Shown here one piece after another: positions 48,146 through 59,211 of a stretch of DNA of 64,000 bases. Source of the stretch: Petromyzon marinus (taxonomy: Eukaryota); assembly GCF_048934315.1 (NCBI RefSeq), contig NC_133715.1:10945698-11009697 (forward strand). The letters run 5' to 3'. The number at the start of each line of letters is the position of its first letter. Position 1 is the first letter of the stretch. The position numbers were made by a program, and so were the translations under genes. The notes under the pieces are model-generated. The model searched no databases and was not told the origin of the DNA. It worked only from the letters and a program-made list of their open reading frames with translations.

Positions 48146-49911
48146 TAGAACTCGGGTCACTGGGTTTGGAGTGCAGCACGGTAACTCCTGCTCCCCACGG
48201 AAAGACACACAAAGACAGAGACACTCACACAGACTAAAAATACACTTCTACAGTTGGACAAATTCTTGTCCCTCGGATTTGGCAGCGCGCCAATTGATTT
48301 CCCTCTTGTCATAAGAGGAGCATCAGCAAGCAGGCGCAAAATCTTTCTCGGCTACAACGCAATCCCTCCCACCCATCCACCCACAGCGAGGTTTTGGTTC
48401 GGTGTGGCAGGGAAAATGGAGCCAGCTCGACAGTGATCCGTTGAATGAAAAAGGTTGAGAAGCACTGATACAGCAAACGCCGGTTCAATCTCTCAAAACT
48501 GCAGTTGAATTAATGGTGCACATTTCTTTAAATCCCATCGAATGTGTCCACCCAGCAGTATAAATCGGTACACCACCACAATTAGGTGATCGAAAAATCA
48601 CACGTGGTGGGGATAAAGTGTGAGTTCTCCCACTTCTTCCAAGGTCAAAATACCCTCTAAGAGGGGCTGTCCAGAGCTCTCCTTCTCGTGAAGGCCCTTC
48701 TGCTGCCAGGTGTGGCGTCTGCAAGTACTTGCAGGGATGCCCCTTTATCCTTACAACATAACCTATGAACCCGGCGACCCGAGTGTGAAGCCTGGCCATG
48801 AACCAATAGCTGGGCCTCCCGTTCACAAACCCCAAAGACCAGCATGGTGACGTATGGTCAAATAATCCCCATGACAGACTCGGCGTTGGGGCGGCCTTCA
48901 TCTAACAGTGGATTGAAAAAGGCCTCTAAATTGGAGTGTTACCACAATACTTCTTCTATCGTACGGCTGATGTAGATGCAGTGCAACAACGACAACGTCA
49001 CATTCAGGCTCTCAAGCCCAGACAACCACAGCGCCAGGGGCAGTAGCATAGTAGTGTATCATCGCTGTCTCTTCTGAATGACCAGTCGCACACCGGGCAG
49101 TTTTTAATTTTCCATTTGTGCATCAGGTATCCGCATCCGTACACTCTAATCGTGTGTTTTTTGTTTGCATTTTGACCACAAGTATTGTGGTTAATGCACA
49201 CATGATTCCTTGTAAAAAGGTTTCAGTTTTGTTGCCAGAAAAAAGGGGAAAACCCCTATAAATTATATTTTGGTACTGGCAAAGGAGGTCTAATGATGTG
49301 AATGTTCAGAAATCTCGATGCCAATGTGTGGGTCTGCTCGCCGCCACAAAAGGGGGCTTCGGGAGTTGAGAGGTGGCATCGTTTTGCTAGAGGAGAATGC
49401 CGAATTAAGCGGATGAAGCTGTTGTCTTCACTGGATGTCCTCAAAAGATGCAGAGATTCAAAGGTAATACCACACACAGTTAAAGTAACTCATCACATTA
49501 AGTCACTGAAAGAGAATCAAATAATACATAAAGCTAGTGAATTGTGCTAAAAGAGAGAATACAGGATAATAGAAGTGAACTTGAATTTGAAATAAATAAA
49601 AAATTACGTTAACCGTTTTGATAGCTACTGACTTAGTGCTGCGTGGAAGCGAATTATTATCAAATAATACATTGTTTAATTGCATGCCTATACAGGCCAC
49701 CATACTTCAATCGGGATTACCGTTGGTACGGCTATTCATTAACTCCCCCCCCCCACTTTGCACAAGACGAGTGCACGGGTGTGGTCACATCTACGCCTCT
49801 ATTTAAGTGTAGTGAGTTCAACTGAGTCACAGAAGTACTCTTTGGAGGCAACACACTTATGAACACCAACACACGGGGTAACTGCCCCTTCACAGAATAA
49901 TAACCTATGGT

Positions 49912-50060
49912 GGTGACCACCAGGCTAACTACACTAACTACAACGTAACTAGCTACGTAACCACCAGGCTAACTACACTAATTACAACGTAACTAGCTAC
50001 GTGACCACCAGGCTAACTACACTAATTACAACCTAACTAGCTACGTGACCACCAGGCTGA
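49912..50060. repeat. ~44-bp tandem repeat x3.3
   Basis: accaccaggctaactacactaa(c/t)tacaacgtaactagctacgt(a/g) repeated. Confidence 0.8.
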
Positions 50061-50325
50061 CCGGACCACAGCTTGGGTCCTGGTCTGACGAAGGTTGCTT
50101 CAGGATGAACAACAACAAGACCGGTCCCTCTGGGGGAGCCGGCTTCTATCCTCTGCGGCGTGGCCGGCCCCGCCCTTGGCCACGCCCACCTTAAAGAATC
50201 CTCGAGCAGGATCTGGACCCCGACCACGTGACCACCCCTAGCCCCCACTTGGGGCCCCTGTGTAGACTTTACCGGTCACGTGTCCTCTGGGGTCAACCAG
50301 AGTGCCACGGCCCTTAGTAACCCCA

Positions 50326-50760
50326 GGGGCCGTCCGTAAATGACGTCACGCGATTTTGGACGATTTTTGACCCCCCCCCCCTCGTCACACGGCGTCACAA
50401 TAAGTCAGACCCCCCCTTAAATATGACGTCACAAAGCTCTGCCTCCCCCCCCCCCAAAACCATATTTCCATTTTGCAAATAAAGCATGCTTCATATCGCT
50501 TTAAACTATTGTCATTGTAGTGCGTATTTAATGTGTTGCTGCACTCTGATGTTGTAGGAGAAAACATTTATTAAAGATTATATTTAATTAAGTAGAACGT
50601 GTTGTTAAATCGAAATTTAAGTGTTGTCTATATTTAATAAAAGTTGCCCATTTTGATGTGACGTCACATTCCTCAAACCGCCCCCCCCTCGTCACACATC
50701 GTAACAAATGTCTGACCCCCCCCCCCCATAGATGCGTAACGTCATTTATGGACGGCTCCC
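50326..50760 (+). mobile_element. Miniature inverted-repeat element (MITE) copy 1 with ~24-bp terminal inverted repeats GGGGCCGTCC(A/G)TAAATGACGTCACGC
   Basis: The ends are inverted complements: ggggccgtccgtaaatgacgtcacgc ... gcgtaacgtcatttatggacggctccc. The flanks are cca/cca. The internal region holds multiple TGACGTCA palindromes and poly-C and poly-G runs. Confidence 0.65.
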
Positions 50761-50837
50761 CCATCTCCATGGCCGGCATTCCCGCACCCCATCCTGTAGG
50801 GGCCGGCACTGCACGCAGAGCGTGGTGCCACTCAGCG

Positions 50838-51045
50838 CTGTCAGCCGTGACTCTCTGGGGGTGGTGCCGCCACACCGCACGCCGTGACTCTCTAGGGCGG
50901 TGCCGCACCCACTCCCTCGTGGTGCCCGCGATGTCGCCACACCGCACGCCGTGACTCTCTAGGGCGGTGCCGCACCTACTCCCTTGTGGTGCCCGCGATG
51001 TCGCCACACCGCACGCCGTGACTCTCTAGGGGCGGCACCACATAG
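50838..51045. repeat. ~63-bp tandem repeat x3.3
   Basis: ccacaccgcacgccgtgactctctagggcggtgccgcacccactccctcgtggtgcccgcgatgtcg repeated. Confidence 0.8.
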
Positions 51046-51249
51046 TGACATCCCACAATGTCACGACATAAGGAAAGAAACAGGTGGACTTCACAAATCT
51101 GTCTGTCGCCTGATGAAGCTAGTTGTAATTACTGGCGAAACGTCGTACGTCGATTGTAAATGTTGTGGCTTGGCTCTCCAACACACAACCTGCGAGCTGT
51201 ACAAGTGACTAGTTGGCCACGTTCTGTTTACGTGACAACCCTTACTAGT

Positions 51250-53790
51250 TGGCTGTGTCGGGTGGTGGCGGGTTTAACAACACATTTATATATTTACACA
51301 GATACGATCGGCAGGGCAGAGGATTAACAAACGCGGGTCGCACTCGGATCGCCGAACGTGGTAATCGTGGCGTTAGTTCATAGTTCATTTATTTGGTATA
51401 GCCCTGTGAGCCATTCGGCTCTTGAATCGGGTGCAACCACAACAAACAAAAAAACATGAACAAGAAAACATCTTAAAGTGATTATGTGACTGTGCAAACA
51501 GAAAATACAGGAACAAAAATATCAAAATATTCCTGAAATAGCACCGTACACCAACGCTGTGTGCAAAAATCCCAGTGGGATGCAAGTCAAATAACAACAA
51601 CAACCACAAGACAACTAAGATTAAGGCCATCAGTCTAACTCCGTACTACAATAAACAAAAACATGGCCAAAAAAAACCGTTTTCGAAATCACCAAAATAA
51701 AAGCCATAAATCCAATGTAACAGTGATCATAGGGACTGTGACCGAATTTGTAACAATAAACTACATAAATAAATTATAACACCAAAATCTAGAGCCATAT
51801 TTTAGGCCACTGAATAGCAGTGGCAGCTAGGGTTGTACAACTCCTCTAGAGCAGCTTTGAGTGAAGATCTCATAGGTAGTGATTCAAAGTTTATTGGCAA
51901 TAGCATTCCAGACCCTGGGGGCATCAATAGCAAAGGCCCTTCCTCCAGTTTTTGTACGGCAATAGGGAATGTGAAGCTGGTAAATGAGCGAAGACCTGAG
52001 GTCAAATTTGTTCTTTGAAACAGAGAGGAGATCCAGTAGGTAGTCTGCGGAATTTTTTGTAAGTACATCGTGAATAAATAAGATCTGGTGCACAAGCCGT
52101 CGAACATTAAGAGATGTTAAGTTTGACCCAATGTAGAGATCACAGTGGTGAGTCCTATATGGGCAGTTCAATGCAAATCTTAAGGCCGAGTGATAGATGG
52201 AATCAAGATTCTTCAGTACAGTACGTGGGGCTGATTTATACACGATGTCACAGTAGTCAAGTAGAGGCAGCATGGTAGCTTTTATCAATTCCAAACGGAA
52301 CATTGGGGGGAAGCAGTGCTTGTGTCGATACAGAAAACCAATTTTTATTTTTGTCTTTTTACCAATATAATCAATATGATCTTCAAAACTAAGTTTTGAA
52401 TCCAGGATGACCCCAAGATACTTACATATCTTGACTTGCTCTATTTGATAATTATTCAAGGAATGTAATTGGGGAAAAATAACTTCCTGCTTTAGTCCCG
52501 GAGAGAAGCATAGCACCTTGGTTTTGGAGGTATTCAGGACTAGTTTAAGATAAACTAGCTGATGTTGTAGTTTGTTGAAATCACCCTGGAGCTTAGCAAT
52601 CACGTCATCCAGAGAGCGGCCAGCAGTAATCAGTATCGTGTCATCTGCAAAAAGATTTACCCTGGAATGATCCAGTTCAGTGCCCAAGTCATTGACATCA
52701 AGAAAGAACAAGAGGGGGCCGAGGATGGAACCCTGTGGAACCCCTTTTGTTATCTTAACACTGTTTGACCTCCAACCATCTGTGAATACAGTTTGGGTGT
52801 GAGAAAAGAGGTAATTTTTTAACCATTGTACTGTGTTCTCGGAAAAACCGAGGCAACTTAGTTTACTAAGCAGGATGTTGTGGTCTACTGTATCAAAAGC
52901 TTTGGACAGGTCAAGAAAACGACAGGCACAGTACTGCTTATTATCAAGGCTATTGTAAATTTGATTCAAAGAGTCTAATGCAGCAGATGTGGTGCTGTAT
53001 TTTTCCAGAACCCAGATTGTTTTAGATGTAGTAGATTGCTGGTGGACAGGAAACTGCAAATTTGGTAGTTCAATAATTTTTCAAAAATTTTCATCAATGG
53101 GGACAAAATTGAGATAGGTCGGTAGTTATTGGGATCATCTTTAGGGCCCCCTTTGTGAAGTGGACGGACATAGGAATGTTTCCATTCTAGAGGAACTGAT
53201 GCTTCTTTGATGGACAGGTTGAAAATATGGGCTATAGGTTTGTATATTAGGTGACCAACAGTTAGTAGCGCAAAGACGGGAAAACTATCTGCTCCGGTAG
53301 AGGAGGACCCTTTGAGGTAGGACAGTTGTTTCAGAACATTACTTTCGTGGATTGGTTGGAAACTAAATTCGTTTCATGTTTATACAGGGGTGTAGGAATT
53401 TACAGGAGCAGGGATGACTCCCAATAAATTATCAAAAAGATTACCAGCTTCAGAAAAATGAAGGTTAAAATTGTCAACTATTTTTTTGGGATCTGAAAAA
53501 TATTCCCCATTTCAGTGAAGCTCAACGGACAGATTTTCTGTTTTGGATGCCTTTTCGATAGATTTGATTGTTTTCCAAAAAATACTGGCATTTCCATGTG
53601 ATTCCAGGAGAGTGGAGGAAAAATAGGCATTTTTTGCATGCCGTATTTTTTTTTACGCATCTATTCCTTAAAATCCTGTATTCTAGCCAGTCATTTACCA
53701 AATTACTTTTCTGAGCACATGCCCAAGCCTTGTCCCTAGTTTTCATGAGCTTTGTAATCAAAGGATCATACCATGGTGGGCGGTTGCCTT
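51250..53790 (-). mobile_element. 5'-truncated non-LTR retrotransposon (L2/CR1-clade LINE), 3' portion
   Basis: Reverse-transcriptase ORF 51884..53059 with motifs FLDLSKAFDTV, QGSILGPLLF and FADDT. The upstream frame holds [20 protein letters not shown]. The tail holds GRAFAIDAPRVWNAI. The 5' end is replaced by minisatellites. Confidence 0.7.
51884..53059 (-). CDS. LINE ORF2 reverse-transcriptase fragment (391 aa)
   Basis: RT domains 3-7 plus thumb. FADD is the CR1/L2/Jockey variant of YXDD. Confidence 0.7.
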   Translation of the reverse strand: MQFPVHQQSTTSKTIWVLEKYSTTSAALDSLNQIYNSLDNKQYCACRFLDLSKAFDTVDHNILLSKLSCLGFSENTVQWLKNYLFSHTQTVFTDGWRSNSVKITKGVPQGSILGPLLFFLDVNDLGTELDHSRVNLFADDTILITAGRSLDDVIAKLQGDFNKLQHQLVYLKLVLNTSKTKVLCFSPGLKQEVIFPQLHSLNNYQIEQVKICKYLGVILDSKLSFEDHIDYIGKKTKIKIGFLYRHKHCFPPMFRLELIKATMLPLLDYCDIVYKSAPRTVLKNLDSIYHSALRFALNCPYRTHHCDLYIGSNLTSLNVRRLVHQILFIHDVLTKNSADYLLDLLSVSKNKFDLRSSLIYQLHIPYCRTKTGGRAFAIDAPRVWNAIANKL

Positions 53791-53794
53791 TAGT

Positions 53795-54300
53795 TTTAAA
53801 TCTAATCGTGGTAATCGTGGTGATCGTGGTAATCGTGGTGATCGTGGTGATAGTGGTAATTGTGGTGAACGTGGTGAATGTGGTGATCGTGGTAATCGTG
53901 GTGATCGTGGTAATCGTGGTGAACGTGGTGATCGTGGTGAACGTGGTGATCGTGGCGATAGTGGTGATCGTGGCGATCGTGGTGATCGTGGCGATCGTGG
54001 TAATCGTGGTGATCGTGGTGAACGTGATCGTGGTGATAGTAGTGATAGTAGTGATCGTGGTAATCGTGGTGATCGTGGTGATCGTGGTGATAGTGGTAAT
54101 CGTGGTGAACGTGGTGAATGTGGTGATCGTGGTAATCGTGGTGATCGTGGTAATCGTGGTGAACGTGGTGATCGTGGTGAATGTGGTGATCGTGGCGATC
54201 GTGGTGATCGTGGTGAATGTGGTGATCGTGGTAATCGTGGTGATCGTGGTAATCGTGGTGAACGTGGTGATCGTGGTGAATGTGGTGATCGTGGCGATCC
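53795..54300. repeat. 9/18-bp minisatellite (GTRATCGTG GTGAWCGTG)n, ~500 bp
   Basis: Period visible; yields artefact poly-(Thr-Ile) and His-rich ORFs. Confidence 0.85.
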
Positions 54301-54339
54301 ATTGCGCCCTCCGCCCTCGGCACCGCCGTGGCACGGAAA

Positions 54340-54400
54340 TGTCCACCCAGCAGCAGCAGCGGCGGCGGCGGCAGCGGCGGCGGCGGTCATCGCGAACGTT
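54340..54400. repeat. (GCN)n triplet repeat (GCAGCAGCAGCGGCGGCGGCGGCAGCGGCGGCGGCGG)
   Basis: Simple sequence. Confidence 0.85.
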
Positions 54401-54596
54401 TTTGTCAACCCATCATCATCATCAAGACCACCACACGACGCCGACTGGCTACATACATACCTGTTGTTGACGTTGTTGTTGAGATCCTTGTCGCTGTGAC
54501 AGGCAGGTGGAGGAGACTGGGCGTGTGAGGAAGGAATAAACCACGAGTCCCACAGCACCAACCACGTGCTCGCCTGACAACCAATCCACTCGGGCT

Positions 54597-54830
54597 CGCC
54601 ACGATACGGCGATACCACGATACGGCGATACCACGATACGGCGATACCACGATACGGCGATACCACGATACGGCGATACCACCATACGGCGATACCACCA
54701 TACGGCGATTCCACGATACGGCGATACCACGATACGGCGATACCACGATACGGCGATACCACGATACGGCGATATCACGATACGGCGATACCACGATACG
54801 GCGATACCACGATACGTTACCGTACGACCA
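54597..54830. repeat. 16-bp minisatellite (GATACCACGATACGGC)n, ~15 copies
   Basis: Tandem period; shares the ATCGTGGTAT core (in reverse complement) with the 53795-54300 array. Confidence 0.85.
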
Positions 54831-55125
54831 TATACGATAATTGTATCGTCCGTATCGAAGTGCATATATTGCGATTATCGTTACTAGTTTTAATTTTTGT
54901 AATATTTTAATTCATGCCCCCTCCCCATACTTAATGATGTACGAATAATATAATCATTCTCCTAAAAATGCTTTAACATGTGACATTATTGCTTTGTCAA
55001 TAAATACATTGAGCATGGGTTTTATCGAGTACACAATAGGATGACATCAACAACCACCCGGAACAAAAAAAACACGTTCACGCCTTCGCGCGCGTGTGTT
55101 CTGCCCGGACGTGGCCGGGCGCAGC

Positions 55126-55392
55126 ATGGCGGCGCCCATGGGTAGGCGGCATGAGCTCAGCGTGTCGCGGTGCATCGAAGCTGTCGAGGAGCTGCTGATG
55201 AGACACGCAGCGCCGAGGCCAAAGCCACTCCCCGAGCAGCTCGCGGAACACGTGGAGCCGCCGGGGAAGGCGCGGTGCTCGCGAGAAACCCGCCCGGCAC
55301 GAGTGTTCAAGGAGTGCAGTGCAAGGAACCTCGGGCAGAGGGACCTGGTGGTGCCTCATGGGGTGCTGGTGATGCTGTTTGAGGGGGGCCAG
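55126..55392 (+). CDS. Candidate gene, exon 1 (start codon); MAAPMGRRHELSVSRCIEAVEELLMRHAAPRPKPLPEQLAEHVEPPGKARCSRETRPARVFKECSARNLGQRDLVVPHGVLVMLFEGGQ
   Basis: ATG in gcgcagcATGG context inside a CpG-rich block. Donor GGCCAG|gtactg. Phase 0. Confidence 0.45.
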
Positions 55393-55828
55393 GTACTGCA
55401 ATGGCTCTCACGCCCCTGCAACACGCGGCTCTCGCGCAGTTCCAGACACAAGCACGCGCAAGCCGCCAACAGTTGGGGCGCTCGTTTTACTCGGCTTGGG
55501 ATGATGAGATGGATTGCTCTCCCATTCTCACCCCCTCCTACCTACCTCGGCGAGTGGTGATGATGAGTTGTCACGAGCTCATTCATTCACCACGCATAGT
55601 CGGCGAAGAACCGTTGCACCAAACGTGTGACCCCTTGCGACAGCATTCGCTGAAACTGCTCTTGCTGTCATACACCGGCGTCTCGACTGATTTGTTTGAT
55701 ACACGGATCACGGGGCCGTTTTGGAGTCGAGTTTTGGCAAAACAATCGATCCAATGTTTTGCCTGAGTCTTAACATTTTTTATAATGATTGGATGAGCGT
55801 TTGGTTGCACTCATGCTCAAATGTCCTT

Positions 55829-56000
55829 TGGATTGCACTCTCATGCTCACATGTCCTTTGGATTGCACTCTCATGCTCACATGTCCTTTGGATTGCACTC
55901 TCATGCTCACATGTCCTTTGGATTGCACTCTCATGCTCACATGTCCTTTGGATTGCACTCTCATGCTCACATGTCCTTTGGATTGTACTCTCATGCTAGG
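55829..56000. repeat. 30-bp minisatellite (GCACTCTCATGCTCACATGTCCTTTGGATT)n x~6, 54 bp from the hAT 5' terminal repeat
   Basis: Near-perfect direct repeats. Confidence 0.9.
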
Positions 56001-56053
56001 CAAGTCACCGATGCGGTGGCATTGACATGCTAATCTCTCACAATACAATAGCC

Positions 56054-58442
56054 CAGGGGTCGGGAACCTATGGCTCGCGAGCCAGATGTGGCTCTTTTGA
56101 TGATTGCATATGGCTCGCAGATAAAACAAAATATTCTCACTTGTTTTAATCCATCCATCGATTTTTCACTGCGCATGTCCTGTTCAGGGCTGCAGGAGCA
56201 ATTGTCCATTATTTTAATTGGATGATACTGGCCTACGTTTGCCGTTGCTGGGTAAAACAGGTAAACGCCCCCTTTTGAATCAGTCTGAGACTGCGTCTGC
56301 TCGGTCATTAGCTCAAAGCTAACCCTTCGACGAAGAAGATGGCGAAAAGAAAAAAAGACGACGAGTATCGTACATTTCAGGACGAATGGACCGAAGAATT
56401 CGCCTTTGTGGAGAGAGCGGGTTCTGCGGTGTGTCTAATTTGCAATGACAAAATTACATCGTTGAAACGGTCGAATGTAAAGCGGCACTTCGACACGTGC
56501 CACGCTACCTTTGCATCAAAATACCCTGCGGGAGACAGCAGAAAGAAAGCATGCCAAGAGCTTCTGAGCAGGGTGCAAGCTAGCCAGCAGCAACTCCGCG
56601 TATGGACCCGGCAAGGTGACTATAATTCGGCTAGCTTTGCTGGTTCTTTAGCAATAGTGAGGAATGGAAAACCATTCACAGATGGCGAGTATGCTAAAAC
56701 GTTCATGCTGGATGTAGCCAATGAACTTTTTGATGATCTTCCGAACAAAGACAAGATAATCAAACGGATACAAGACATGCCTCTGTCGGCAAGAACTGTT
56801 CATGATCGTACCATCGTGATGGCAAACAAAGTGGAGGAAACGCAAGTGAAGGACATAAATGCAGCGCCGTTCTTTTCTCTGGCTTTGGATGAGTCAACAG
56901 ACGTGAGCCATTTGTCGCAGTTCAGCGTGATTGCAAGATATGCTGTTGGTGACACACTGCGCGAAGAAAGTCTTGCTGTTCTGCCATTAAAAGGGTCCAC
57001 AAGAGGTGAGGATTTATTCAAGTCTTTCATGGAGTTTGCTCAAGAAAAAAGTCTACCTATGGATAAACTTCTCTCAGTGTGTACTGATGGTGCTCCGTGT
57101 ATGGTGGGGAAAAACAAAGGATTTGTGGCGCTTCTCCGTGAACATGAAAATAGACCCATCCTAAGTTTCCATTGCATTACACACCAGGAGGCACTTTGTG
57201 CTCAGATGTGTGACAGGCAGTTTGGCGAAGTGATGTCGCTGGTCATTCGTGTGATCAACTTTATTGTTGCCCGAGCCTTAAATGATCGCCAGTTTAAAAC
57301 ACTGCTGGATGAAGTTGTAAATAACTATCCTGGTCTGCTTTTGCACAGCAATGTGCGTTGGTTGTCAAGAGGGAAGGTGCTTAGCCGTTTTGCGGCTTGC
57401 CTGAACGAAATCCGGACTTTCCTTGAAATGAAAGGCGTCGGGCATCCTGAGCTAGCCGACACCGAGTGGCTCCTCAAGTTTTACTATCTCGTAGATCTGA
57501 CTGAACATCTGAACCAGCTCAACGTGAAAATGCAAGGCATTGGAAATACAGTGTTATCCCTTCAACAAGCTGTATTTGCTTTTGAAAACAAGCTGGAGCT
57601 TTTCATCACGGATCTTGAAACAGGTCGTTTACTACATTTTGAAAAACTGAGCCAATTTAAAGATGCATGCACAGCAAGTGAGCCCATTCAAAACCTTGAT
57701 CTCCACCAGCTAGCTGGCTGCACATCCAGTCTCCTACAGCCCTTCAAAGCACGCTTTGGAGAATTTCGTGAGCACACTCGTCTTTTTAAGTTCATCACCC
57801 ATCCAAACGAGTGTTCACTGAACACAGCCGACCTGAATTACATCCCTGGTGTCTCCGTCAGAGATTTTGAAGCAGAAGTGGCTGACCTGAAGGCCTCAGA
57901 CATGTGGGTGAATAAGTTCAAGTCACTGAATGAAGATTTGGAAAGAATCACACGACAGAAAGCGGAGTTGGCGAGCAAGCACATGTGGACAGAAATGAAA
58001 AAACTCCAACCCGAAGACCAGCTGATTCTGAAAACTTGGAACGCGCTTCCTGTCACATACCACACACTGCAGCGTGTGAGTATTGCTGTATTGACCATGT
58101 TTGGATCTACGTATGCATGTGAGCAGTCATTCTCACATCTTAAAAACATCAAGTCCAACCTACGATCACGTTTAACGGATGAAAGCCTCAACGCTTGCAT
58201 GAAGCTTAACCTCACCAAGTACCAACCCGACTACAAAGACATCAGCAAATCCATGCAGCACCAGAAGTCGCATTAATGGTGAGTGTTATAACAACAGTAT
58301 TTAAAAGAATAAATTCAGAGGCTTATTATACTGACATTTAGTTGAATTCACTTTTAAAATATATTATATGGCTCTCACTGAAATAAATTTCCAAATTTTT
58401 TGCTTTCATGGCTCTCTTAGTCAAAAAGGTTCCCGACCCCTG
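56054..58442 (+). mobile_element. Apparently intact hAT-superfamily DNA transposon (Charlie/Buster-like)
   Basis: 15-bp perfect terminal inverted repeats: CAGGGGTCGGGAACC at 56054-56068 and GGTTCCCGACCCCTG at 58428-58442. Perfect 8-bp target-site duplication CAATAGCC at 56046-56053 and 58443-58450. Subterminal ATGGCTC(G/T)C repeats. Single uninterrupted transposase ORF. Confidence 0.85.
56339..58276 (+). CDS. hAT transposase, 645 aa, with hAT C-terminal dimerisation domain
   Basis: The N-terminus (YRTFQDEWTEEFAFVE...CLICNDKITSLKRSNVKRHFDTCH) is like ZBED5/GTF2IRD2/FAM200-type hAT transposases. The C-terminus (VLTMFGSTYACEQSFSHLKNIKSNLRSRLTDESL) is the hAT dimerisation motif. No frameshifts or internal stops. 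Confidence 0.85.
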   Translation: MAKRKKDDEYRTFQDEWTEEFAFVERAGSAVCLICNDKITSLKRSNVKRHFDTCHATFASKYPAGDSRKKACQELLSRVQASQQQLRVWTRQGDYNSASFAGSLAIVRNGKPFTDGEYAKTFMLDVANELFDDLPNKDKIIKRIQDMPLSARTVHDRTIVMANKVEETQVKDINAAPFFSLALDESTDVSHLSQFSVIARYAVGDTLREESLAVLPLKGSTRGEDLFKSFMEFAQEKSLPMDKLLSVCTDGAPCMVGKNKGFVALLREHENRPILSFHCITHQEALCAQMCDRQFGEVMSLVIRVINFIVARALNDRQFKTLLDEVVNNYPGLLLHSNVRWLSRGKVLSRFAACLNEIRTFLEMKGVGHPELADTEWLLKFYYLVDLTEHLNQLNVKMQGIGNTVLSLQQAVFAFENKLELFITDLETGRLLHFEKLSQFKDACTASEPIQNLDLHQLAGCTSSLLQPFKARFGEFREHTRLFKFITHPNECSLNTADLNYIPGVSVRDFEAEVADLKASDMWVNKFKSLNEDLERITRQKAELASKHMWTEMKKLQPEDQLILKTWNALPVTYHTLQRVSIAVLTMFGSTYACEQSFSHLKNIKSNLRSRLTDESLNACMKLNLTKYQPDYKDISKSMQHQKSH

Positions 58443-58702
58443 CAATAGCCACTTCCACAGCCTCAGGCAGACCATCTCTAGCCCCGCCCTCTTACCCTGA
58501 GGCTGCACCCATCTCAGGCCTATACAAGACCTTGTTTCAGTCGCTCTCTCTCACCTGAAGACGGTCGCTTGTGTTGCGATCGAAACGTCGTGATCTATAA
58601 TTGTTTCTACCTACGTGACTTTACCGAACGAAACAAACAGCAGCGTTTGGTTATGGTTCACACACCTTAAGGCTCAACGACTTTCCCAAGTTGACGTATT
58701 TA

Positions 58703-59069
58703 GGGGCCGTCCATAAATGACGTCACGCACCTGGGGGGGGGTCAGACATTTGTGACGATGTGTGACGAGGGGGGTGGGGGGTTGAGAAATGTGACGTCAC
58801 ATCAAAATGCGCAACTTTAAATAAATATAGACAACACGTTCTACTTAATTAAAGACTTTTTAATAAATGTTTTATCCTACAACATCAGAGTGCAGCGCCA
58901 CATTAAATACGCACTACAATGACAGTTTAAAGCGATTTGAAGCATTATTTGGGGGGCGGGGGGGCCGCAGAGCTTTGTGACGTCATATTTGACTTTTTGT
59001 GACGTGTGACGAAGGGGGGGTGGGTCAAATATCATCCAAAATCGCGTGACGCCATTTATGGACGGCCCC
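58703..59069 (-). mobile_element. MITE copy 2 (inverted, with internal deletion), flanked by a TTA target-site duplication
   Basis: ggggccgtccataaatgacgtcacgc ... gcgtgacgccatttatggacggcccc. TTA at 58700-58702 and 59070-59072. Reverse-complement homology to copy 1. Confidence 0.7.
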
Positions 59070-59211
59070 TTACCTGCAGGCTTGCCCCATACTCGCGTCA
59101 GACAACATTCTACGATCCGTGCAGATTTGATCATTAAATGTCCAAAGCTGGACCACACAGGGGGTTTACAACGTCTAAAGTTGAGTTTTCCCGCTGTGTG
59201 TGTGTGCGCAG

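Noticed and set aside
53522-54346. Poly-(Thr-Ile), His-rich and Arg/Ser/Pro-rich ORFs 53522..54762
   Set aside because: All are translations of the 9/18-bp and 16-bp minisatellites and the GCN repeat.
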